Shown here: in pieces, positions 53,986 to 64,000 of the stretch | Layout of the letters: each line of letters starts with the position of its first letter | Numbering within the stretch: the stretch's first letter is position 1 | Assembly: GCA_951406725.2 (NCBI GenBank) | Contig: OX597826.1 | Span: forward strand, 32,736,001-32,800,000 | Reading direction: 5' to 3' | Length of the DNA: 64,000 nt | Source of the DNA: Octopus vulgaris | Lineage: Eukaryota | Program-made: the position numbers and the translations under genes | Notes under the pieces: generated by a model | The model's input: the letters and a program-made list of their open reading frames with translations, nothing else | Databases searched by the model: none | Told to the model about the DNA's origin: nothing

Positions 53986-55315
53986 TCCCTCCTTGTCATT
54001 CAGAACAGACATGTTTTAGGGCAAAGAAAAACATCTTACTGTCACATATCTGTTTGAACTAAGACCAAACGCTTCCCATTTTTATGTAAAAATGTCTGCA
54101 CATTTTCCTCAGAAAATGTAGCAACACAACCAGTGATGTTGCCAAAAACACAATGAGAGTGGCTTCTTTGCATTAAGTAAACAGTTGACAGTTTATATTA
54201 AGCTGTAGCATTTTTTTGTGGCTAAGCATTGATCTTGTGTCTCTAATATCAGACCCATTACTTCCTTGTATTCAATGTTTTTCACTCAATGTTGCCTTTC
54301 ACACTGGTTTGTTTCCTTTCTGTCAAGTCTTACAGGATATTGGTCATGGAGAGGATTCGCTTGTTATTTTCATTAGATTTTATTTCTGCTCTGATTTTAT
54401 AACACTGTCGAGGATTTTTTTCCCCTTCTTATTTCACTTTCATTATGTTTTATTTTGTTTTTACCAAAACTGCTTCTCTCGGTATAAATATTTTCTTGTT
54501 TGTACTTTATTGTTGCCTAATAAACACAAGAAATTTTGTTTGATTTTCTTTCTTTCCTGCTGTTTTATTATATTCATCAATCTATCTTTGCTTGATTCTA
54601 ACATTTTCCTTTGACCTCCCACAGTTTTATTCTTCATAATAGTCCTCTATTTGCATCAAAACTCTTCTTCTCTATATATGAGATGGGTACGCTTGTACTT
54701 GTGTTGCAGGTCGATACATCATATATATGTGTGTGTGTGTGAGTGTGTGTGTGTGTGTGTGTGCACACACATATATATATATACACACACACACATATAT
54801 ATATGTATGTGAGTGTGTATAAATATATACATAAGCACATATATGTGTGTATGTGCATGTGTGCGTGTGTATACATATAACCATACATACACAACATACA
54901 TACATACATATGCACACACACATATAATTATCATCATCATTGTTTATCATCCACTTTTCTATGCTTGCAAGGGCTGGATTTCATTTGTTGAGGTGGTCTA
55001 CAGCTGGATGCTCTTCCTGTCACCAATACTTGCATGTTTCCAATTTAGAGAATATTCCTCATAATCAGACACATTTTCATATGAATATATACATATATAT
55101 ATATATACACACACATATATATATACACACACACATATAATACATATATATATCTGTAATCATCCTCCTCATCCTCATCATCATCATTTAGCATCCATTT
55201 CCTATAGAATTTACAGTTTATGGCTTTATTGGGGGGGGGCGGTACATCAGCCAAAATGTTGTGAGTAGATTTTGTAGACGGAAACTGAAAGAAGCCTGTT
55301 GTATATATATGTATA

Positions 55316-55650
55316 TCTATTAAATAAAATCCATTCTGTCTGTCTGTGTGTGTGTCTTCTAGGATCTTGGGCATCCTCCATCCGATTGCGCTCAAATTTG
55401 ACGGTATCAGGACATGTATAAGTCGAAAATATAAAGGTGAGCATGCAATTGATAAAGCCTTGGGAACGTGCATTTATATGTGCAAATGCATCAGGCAAAA
55501 TCCGTCTTTTGCTGGTGTCTCAAATTTAGGTTAAATCAGTGTTTCTCAAAGAGGAGGGCTATGGGACGGTCGGACAAGTTGCTTTGAGAAAATTTGGTTT
55601 AAATGTTTGACAACTCAGCCCCGTCCATTAAACAGGGGGTGTTTTGCTCG
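55316..55650 (+). mobile_element. Non-autonomous Helitron-like element
   Basis: A|TC start (TCTATTAAATAAAATCC), CTGT repeat near the 5' end, 3' hairpin CCCCGT...ACAGGGG then CTCG|T (CTRR-like). Confidence 0.55.
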
Positions 55651-55675
55651 TATATATATATATATATATCACCGT

Positions 55676-55976
55676 GACCGTGACTGACCAGACTATCAGA
55701 TGTTGCTACACATCACTGGTCACAATGCGCTTTGCATTGTTTTTAGCCTTCAAATGACGCCACCCCGCTGACTAAGCGAGCAGGCCAACAGAAGAAAGTA
55801 TGAGAGAAAGTTGTGGCGAAAGAGTACAGCAGGGACCGCCACCAACCCCTGCTGGAACCTCGTGGAGCTTTAGGTGTTTTCGCTCAATAAACACACACAA
55901 CGCCCAGTCTGGGAATCAAAACCGCGATCCTATGACCGCTAGTCCGCTGCCCTAACCACTGGGCCATTGCACCTCC
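55676..55976 (-). mobile_element. tRNA-derived SINE (C-like), full length
   Basis: Head GGTGCAATGGCCCAGTGGTTAGGGCAGCGGAC; homologous to 1-190. Confidence 0.8.
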
Positions 55977-55981
55977 TTATT

Positions 55982-56015
<34 letters not shown>

Positions 56016-56285
56016 TATAGATATATATATTTATATATACATATATATATACACATGCGTGTGTGTGTTAGTGTATGTGCCCTTCCTGATGCCAACCACT
56101 CCGTGAGTGTAGTGGGTGCTTTTTACGTGCCACATACATATATATATAAGCAAACTTTGGAAGCATCAAATGTGTTTGATATATTACAGACAAGAAAGGA
56201 AATTTTGAATGCAGTGAAGCTGTAAGACGAGCAGAAAAAAATCTGGTTATTACCCTTATAAGACAGAAAAAGAAAATTGTCAGCA

Positions 56286-56357
56286 GGGAACTATGGGAAT
56301 TGAACTTGTAACCCTCAAACACCAGATGAGTGCTCTACTGTTAAGCTAAACAGCCCC
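56286..56357 (-). pseudogene. tRNA-like sequence (pseudogene or repeat-borne Pol III head)
   Basis: GGGGCTGTTTAGCTTAACAGTAGAGCAC...AAGTTCAATTCCCATAGTTCCC: 72 nt, acceptor-like ends, A/B-box-like motifs, poor inner stems. Confidence 0.55.
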
Positions 56358-56525
56358 TGACAACGATTACTGCCAATTTTAAGGCTAAATAATAACTGTT
56401 TGAATGCGAACTGAGGAATACAGGTTCACTTCCAGTAGATGCCTGCTGTCAAATTTTTTCCAGCTCATAAAGGTAAAAGCCCAATCTTTCTCCTTATAGC
56501 TTTACTGTGTTCAAAATTTACCTTC

Positions 56526-56911
56526 TTAACCACATGGTTCCAGGTTCAGTCCCACTGCATGGCATCTTGGGCAAGTGTCTTCTGCTATAGCCCTGGGCCA
56601 ACCAATGCCTTGTGAGTGGATTTGGTAGACGGAAACTGAAAGAAGCCCGTCGTATATATGTATATATATATATATAAGTGTGTGTGTATATGTTTGTATG
56701 TCTGTGTTTGTCCCCCTAGCATTGCTTGACAACCAATGCTGGTGTGTTTACGTCCCCATCACTTTGCGGTTCGGCAAAAGAGACCGATAGAATAAGTACT
56801 GGGCTTACAAAGAATAAGTCCCGGGGTCGATTTGCTCGACTAAAGGCGGTGCTCCAGCATGGCCGCAGTCAAATGACTGAAACAAGTAAAAGAGTAAAAG
56901 AGTAAAGAGTA
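56526..56911 (+). mobile_element. SINE family A, little diverged
   Basis: Homology to 41056-41460; inverted head at 57426-57583. Confidence 0.88.
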
Positions 56912-56939
56912 ATATATATGTGTGTGTGTGTGTATACAT

Positions 56940-57410
56940 ACATTGTACAAATGATGTACCGCTCACGGTGGCGCTGGAGAGAGTAGAATTTCAAGGCTTT
57001 AAGACGGTCCCAGTAATCAAGATCAGTCATGCCTTCAATTCCTTTAGTGAGTACCCTCTGAGGTGATCCAATCCTCGAGATGTTTTGTTTTGTATGGAGA
57101 GACCACAAGGGGCAGCAGTATTCAAGGTGTGGCCTTACAAAGGAGGAGAAAAGTGGAATGATGTCACCTTGTTCTTTGGACCAGAAGGTTCTTAAGATCC
57201 AGGAGCTCATCCTACGAGCTATATATGGGCACTCCAACTGTGATTGTTATCAACAATTACACCCAGGTTTCTGATATTATTAGATGCCATGAGGGGTTCC
57301 CCAGAAGGAAGAGAGTATGGATGTTTTAGTATAGACTTTCTTCCAAAATTCATCAGCTCAAATTTTCCCTCTTTCAGTTGCATTTTGTTTTTGTCTGCCC
57401 ATTGACTCAC
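56940..57410 (-). pseudogene. CR1-clade LINE RT C-terminal fragment
   Basis: [18 protein letters not shown]...[18 protein letters not shown] / WILRTF...LFSSFVRPHLEYCCPLWS...QRVLTK...LDYWDRLKALKFYSLQRHRERY; frameshifted. Confidence 0.9.
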
Positions 57411-57591
57411 AGCATATATATGATGGGCTTCTTTCAGTTTCTGTCTACCAAATCCACTTACAAGGCTTTGGTCAGCCTGAGGCGACAGCAGGAGACACCT
57501 GCTTAAGGTGGCATGCAGTGGGACTGAAACCGGAAGCATGGGGCTGGGAAGCAAGCTTCTTACTACACAGTCATTTCTGCACCTGTATATG

Positions 57592-57633
<42 letters not shown>

Positions 57634-57730
57634 GATAGATATATATATACATTCATATATATATATATATATATGTATGTATATATATATATATTTATAT
57701 GTATGTGTATATGTATATATATATATATAC

Positions 57731-57762
<32 letters not shown>

Positions 57763-58022
57763 CATTAGGGTTCAGTAAAAAAAATTTACTTTACCACACA
57801 CAGAACTTTTAGAAATAGCAGCCAAAGAATTTAGCTATTTCTCCTACTATAAGAAGAGTCTCCCAGACAGTGTATGCTCAAAAACAATTCACGTAGGCAT
57901 AGAGGGAAAAATAACGAAAGATCACTCGTAAATCGATTACTTTAGAATGCATTTGTGGGTTAGTTAGATATAGAGATGCTATAAATACATACCTATTCCA
58001 ACATTCCTGTCATCAGCCCAAG

Positions 58023-58128
<106 letters not shown>

Positions 58129-58159
58129 GTGTATATATATATGTATATATATTTATGCG

Positions 58160-58425
58160 CCATTTTCAAGCCTAGTCAGGCTCATGGACCCGGTTTTCCG
58201 GTTTCTATGGTGTATGCATTCCCCTCAGCTGGACAGGACACCAGTCCATCACAGCATTACTCAAGAAACAAGAAGAAAGAGTAAGAGAAAGTTGGGGCAA
58301 AAGAGTACAACAGGGGTCGCCACCCCCACCCCCCTACCAGAGCCTCGTGTAGCTTTAGGTGTTTTCGCTCAATAAACACACACAACTCCTGGTCTGCTGC
58401 CCTAACCACTGGGCCATTGTGCCTC

Positions 58426-58426
<1 letters not shown>
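58160..58426 (-). mobile_element. tRNA-derived SINE (C-like head, third tail type)
   Basis: Shares head and body with 1-190 and 55790-55976 but has a different 3' part. Confidence 0.75.
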
Positions 58427-58463
<37 letters not shown>

Positions 58464-58796
58464 CATACATGTATAAATATATGTAAAACAGTTTTAGGGT
58501 TATCAGTTGAGAATGCAGTAAACAACTCTGATGACGTAGAATATATTATATTGAAGCGGTAGTTTTATAATCAGAATAGTTAGTGTATTTATACCTATAA
58601 TCTTATTTCTGACACCTCACTTTTATTCTCTCATATTCACTTGACTCTTCCGCACTTCTCTTTTCTCTTTGCATTTTTATGTATGTATTTCTGTTGCTTC
58701 TTATCACTTTCATCTTTTCCTAAGTACTCATATGGATAATTCCGTTCTAATTTACTGCCGTTGTTGTCATTATCAATATTATTATTATTATTATTA

Positions 58797-58839
<43 letters not shown>

Positions 58840-59042
58840 TATTATTATTATTACTGTTATTATCACGATCATCATGATCATCATCACCATCATCATCTTT
58901 GTTGTTGTTATCATCGCAACCATCGCCACCATCACCATCACCACAAGCATCATCATCATCGTCATCGTCATCATTGTAATCATCATCATCATCATCATCA
59001 TCATCCCCATCAGCATTATCGTCATCGTTGTCATTATTATTA

Positions 59043-59101
<59 letters not shown>

Positions 59102-59730
59102 GTTATTATTATTATTATTACTATTTTATCGCTCTTTGGCACCTCTCTAATTTTCATTCTCACTTCCAAGTGAAAGGAATGTATTTCCTAGCTAATATCT
59201 AATTTGTGCATTTTTCGTTATCTATTTTTTAAAACTACTTTTTTTATTCATTTTTATTTTTCTATCATTTATTTCTCTACTTTATTTATTTATTTACTAT
59301 ATTTTTTTTTCAAAACTCATCTTGCTCTCTGTAATTTGATCACCAAACTAATCAATACAAAGCAGATGATCAATATGCCTAGAATTACTCAGTTTAGTTG
59401 TAGTAGTAGCAGGAGCAGTAGTAGTAGTGATAGTATTAGGAGTAGTAGCAGCAGCAGTAGCGGAATCATCATTAAAGCGTAATGAGAAAAAATAAGCTTC
59501 TTACTTAAATAGTTTGGCATTTTTTAAATGGAACAGTTCTTGGCAGCTTCTCTGGTTGCCATTCCTGTTCATACACATATGCGTATGTGTGTATATGTAT
59601 ATATCATATATGTGTATATACATATATATATATACAGACACACACACACAAATTCATATATATATATATATATATGTTTATATGTTTATATGTTTATTTA
59701 TATATATACACATACACATATATATTTATA

Positions 59731-59780
<50 letters not shown>

Positions 59781-59910
59781 CATATACATATATACATACA
59801 CATACAGACATATGCATATATACATATATAACCACAACATACAAATACACACACATGTATACATCATCATCGTTTAACATCCGCCTGATAAAGGAATATT
59901 TATGTGTGTA

Positions 59911-59956
<46 letters not shown>

Positions 59957-60511
59957 TTGATAGATAGATACACACATGCATATTGAAAGAGTATATGTAT
60001 AGGTAGATATATAATATATATATATACTTGTATAGCATATGCTTTTAATTCTGTTTGTACTAAAGAATTTAATGTGTTTGCTACATGATTCTGAGGAATG
60101 GGAGAGGAATCGGTTGATTTATTTGCATGAAATGTTTGACCAGAATTGTGACAAGAACACAGACACATAAATGCTCTCCATGCTCTCACTTAGTCCTGTG
60201 TTCCTGCATATAATTAACATAAATTTATCTTCACCATGGAGAGGTTTGAGTCATCCATGTGATGTTGCAACATTTTACATATTTTTCTACATTGTACTTA
60301 TTCTTCTATTCTTTTACTTGTTTTGGCCATTCTGGAGCACCCCCTTTAGTCAAACAAATCGACCCTAGGACTTATTCTATGTAAGCCTAGTACTTATTCT
60401 ATCAGATTCTTTTGCTGAACCGCTAAGTTGTGGGGATATAAACACACCAACATCAGTTGTCAAATGATGGATGGGGGACAAATGCAGACACACACACATA
60501 CACACACAGAC

Positions 60512-60550
<39 letters not shown>

Positions 60551-60567
60551 TTTATATATATATATTT

Positions 60568-60778
60568 ATAGTAAATTCTAAAGAAGAACAACAAATTCAA
60601 CAAGAAAACAACAACGTGAGGACGTGGTACACGTAAAGTATTAGCAGACACTCAGGGAAGGAAAGAAAGATGGTTTAACATTTCAAGCAATGCTCTCCTT
60701 CAGAAACAGAAGAAAGTCCAATAGAAAGGAAGACGGAGGAAGAAAATCACCAATGATTCTCATGTGGTTACATTTTGA
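60568..60778 (-). mobile_element. Solo pLTR-like cassette with degenerate hammerhead motif, inserted in the microsatellite of a family A SINE
   Basis: GTTT-CTGAAGG-A-GAGC(att)GCTT-GAAA-TG-TT-AAAC at 60707-60673; same layout as 40110-40320; SINE halves at 60305-60490 and 60797-60930. Confidence 0.6.
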
Positions 60779-61120
60779 ATATATATATATATATATGACA
60801 GGCTTCTTTCAGTTTCCAGCTACCAAATCCACTCACAAGGCTTTGGCCGGTGCAAGGCTATAGTAGAAGACACTTGCCTGAGGTACCATGCAGTGGGACT
60901 GACACCCAGAACCACAGCCACTCCTGTGCTTATAATTGTCTTATATTTATTTTTCTTTACTTGTTTCAGTAATGAGACTGTGGTCATGCTGGGGTACCAC
61001 GTTGAAGAAAAGCACTTATTCTATCAGTTTCTTTTGCCGAACCATTATGTTACAGGGATGTAAACAAAACAACACCAGTTTTCAAGTGGCAGTGAGGAAA
61101 AAAGACAGACACAAAAACAC

Positions 61121-61213
61121 ATCACTAAGTGGACATCCAATATCTAGACGTAGACCCCATATGGTCTGACCATCTAGCATATTGGATGTCCACTTAGTGG
61201 TCATCCCTCTTAT
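61121..61213. repeat. ~80-nt hairpin, probably a MITE remnant
   Basis: CACTAAGTGGACATCCAATAT / ATATTGGATGTCCACTTAGTG (21 bp perfect) plus inner CTAGA and AGACC stems. Confidence 0.85.
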
Positions 61214-63013
61214 ATGTATGTAATATATATATTTATATATATATGTATATATTTGTATGTCTGTTTGTCCCACCCCACCATCACTTGACAACTGATGTTG
61301 GTGTTTTATATCCTTGTAACTTTGTGGTTCAGCAAAAGTGACTAATAGAATAAATACTTGGCTTACAAAGAATAAGCCATGGGGTCAATTTGTTTGGTTA
61401 TCCAGCATGGCCACAGTCAAATGAATGAAACAAATAAAAAAGTAAAAGAATAATAGAATAACAGATCACATGGTGCTTGTGTATCAGCTGATCACATGAT
61501 GCTACATGGTAGTAAGGGCCTGGAGTCTGAATATTGAGGAATTGCAGAGACTAGAAAGAAATTATGCCTCTTTGTCTCTCATTCTTCTGCCACCCAAAGC
61601 TCTTCTGTTACCTAAACACTGTCTCATCTCTCCCTCTTTGGCCCTCTGCTATGACCCTTCCATCTCTCTTTCCTTTTATGACCCTCTCTCCAAATTTATA
61701 TCGCCTTCATGCTTTTCTCTCTTTCATGATTCCCACCTCCATGTTTGCCATTGTTATGTGGGATTCCTCAAGTCATCTAACTTACAAGGATCCTGTCAAA
61801 ATGACCAACCCATGCCAACATGGAAAGTAGACAAAAAAAATGACGATGACAATGATGACGCCGCCGCCGATGATGATGATGATGATAACCTGTTTGTAAG
61901 TGTGTGTGTGTGTGTGGACAGATGGATAGATAAATTACTTGATAGACAGATAAGTTACATTAGCTAGGTGCTGTAAAATTAATGCCACATTGTATGTGGC
62001 AGTGCCCCAGCATGGCCACAGCCGTAGGGAACATATAAAAGTATATAGCTTGAAGACAGAGATATGTTCCATCTATTTGATGTACCAACAAACTTTGTGC
62101 TTCAAGAAACTTTTTGTGTCAAAGTCTCCACTAACCAATGTTATAGAACTCAACATAATATTCCCTGCTGCCAACAAGTTTTATAGAAGAAAAGTTTAGC
62201 CCACAGCAGACTGGAATTTCAACCTAGTTCTGCTTCTTGCTTGGAACCATTTCTTTTCATTGATGCCATTAGTAAGAGAAGAAAGACAACGATGACCGTA
62301 TATTCTCATTTCACTTTCTCTAAAGATTATGAACTTTTAAGCTTAGTGCAAAAGAGAACCAACAACACCCAACATTGTTCTTTTCCAGGAAATTGGTAAG
62401 ATGCCAACCAAAAGACTAAAATGAACCTATCTAGATAATTACAATCAATTCTTTTTAAATGTTATGTCCCATCAGACTTAAGTACAAAATAGATTTTCTC
62501 TTCACAGTGCAGAATATCTAGATTCTTTTGACAATTAATATTCTCACTTCATTAAGACAATAATGAACCAGACAATAGGTATAGAATAGAAAAGACACTG
62601 TAAATAAATAAATATACAAGAAAATTACATAACGTGATAGATAATTAGTTTAATTAATTGTATATAAGAATATAGGACATATGAATTAATTAATTAATTC
62701 TGGGTAAAAATATTATCTGTAGATTTGTTCTATAATTGTTTCAGAATTATGCACCTCTTGTGAGAAAATATGCATTTAAAAAGGTAAGGATTGCAATTTA
62801 CTTCATAAAACAAACTTAGTAAACTTAGAATATGAAGAAGCAGGGTGGGGTCTCTCTCTCTCTCTCGCTCTCTCTCTATCTATCTCTCTAAGGTGGTGAG
62901 CTGGCAGAAATGTTAGCACTCTGGATGAAATGCTTAGCGGTATTTCGTCTGTCGTTACGTTCTGAGTTCAAATTATATATATATATATATATGTATGTAT
63001 ATTGATGTATGAA

Positions 63014-63081
63014 TGGCACCTTGGCCAAAAGTCTTCTACAATAGCCTCAGGTTGACCAAAGCCTAGTGAATTGATTTGGAA

Positions 63082-63135
<54 letters not shown>

Positions 63136-63345
63136 TTGTCTTCCCATTACTATTTAACAGCTGGTGTTGGTGTGATTATATCACTGTAACTTAGCAGTTC
63201 AGCAAAAGAAAATGATAATATAAGTACTAGGTTTTAAAAATAAAAAAAAATTCCTGAGGTCGATTTGTTTGACTAAAAACCCTTCAAGGTGGTGCTCCAG
63301 CATGGTCGCAGTCAAATGCCTGAAACAAATAAAATAATAAAAGAA
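63014..63345 (+). mobile_element. SINE family A, 5' truncated
   Basis: GGCACCTTGG core to tail CTGAAACAAATAAAA. Confidence 0.8.
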
Positions 63346-63934
63346 TATATATATATATATATACACACATGCATATACACATACACGCACACACATACAT
63401 ACACAAATACACACAGATATATACACAAGCTGTAATAGTTTAGTATCTCTCTTCTTTTCCTAAGTTCAAACTCTTCTGAGTGAAATTATGTCTTTCATTC
63501 CTCTCAGGTTAATAAATACCAGTAATTCATTGGGTTAATTAAAGAATGTAGACCTCTTCTCTGTTGACATATGACCTTGCACACAGCTGAAAGTAAGTAA
63601 TCAATGTATTTATGTCATTATTCTTAAAGAAGTATGTTTAATCTGTGGTAAGCTCTTTGATTAGTTTATACACCCTGTTATTACAGTAATTTTACATTGA
63701 CTCACAACCAATCAATATTACAATGGACAATAAGGCGACGAGCTGGCAGAATCATTAATATACCAGGCAAAATGCTGACAGGCATTTCATTCTGAGTTCA
63801 AATCCTGCTGGGATCGACTTCTCCTTTTATTCCTTTTGGGGTTGATAAAATAAATGCCAGTTGAGCACTAGGGTCGATATAATCAATTTGTCCTCCTCCC
63901 CAAAATTTCAGGCCTTGTGCTGATAATGGAAAGA

Positions 63935-63982
<48 letters not shown>

Positions 63983-64000
63983 TTAAAGGTGGCAAGCTAG

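Noticed and set aside
54216-54680. 132-aa ORF (+) and purine-rich minus frames
   Set aside because: Low-complexity T-rich composition, interrupted minus frames, no recognisable motif
62040-62200. Cys-containing short frames in non-repetitive sequence
   Set aside because: Both strands give short open frames of similar length, without homology or good splice signals

Overview
AT-rich, repeat-saturated eukaryotic DNA, most likely intronic or intergenic sequence of an Octopus genome (inferred from the SINE families and extreme microsatellite load). No host protein-coding gene is confidently identifiable; almost all ORFs in the track are translations of (AT)n, (GT)n, (ATT)n, (ATC)n or (CTT)n tracts. 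The window holds dozens of tRNA-derived SINE copies, decayed non-LTR retrotransposon fragments (R4/Dong, RTE, CR1, Tx1/L1-like, Penelope GIY-YIG), non-autonomous DNA transposons (pogo-, mariner-, piggyBac-, Sola-, Helitron/Helentron-like), a 5S rRNA-derived copy, a 26-bp minisatellite and several long palindromes. The most notable signal is about ten minimal type-I hammerhead ribozyme motifs in short Penelope-type terminal-repeat cassettes. One follows a tRNA-like Pol III promoter, one is bracketed by inverted and direct repeats, and one has its own antisense arm. A SINE 3' tail also matches the 3' UTR of a Tx1/L1-like LINE fragment. Family names are from motif recognition by eye, and repeat boundaries are approximate.
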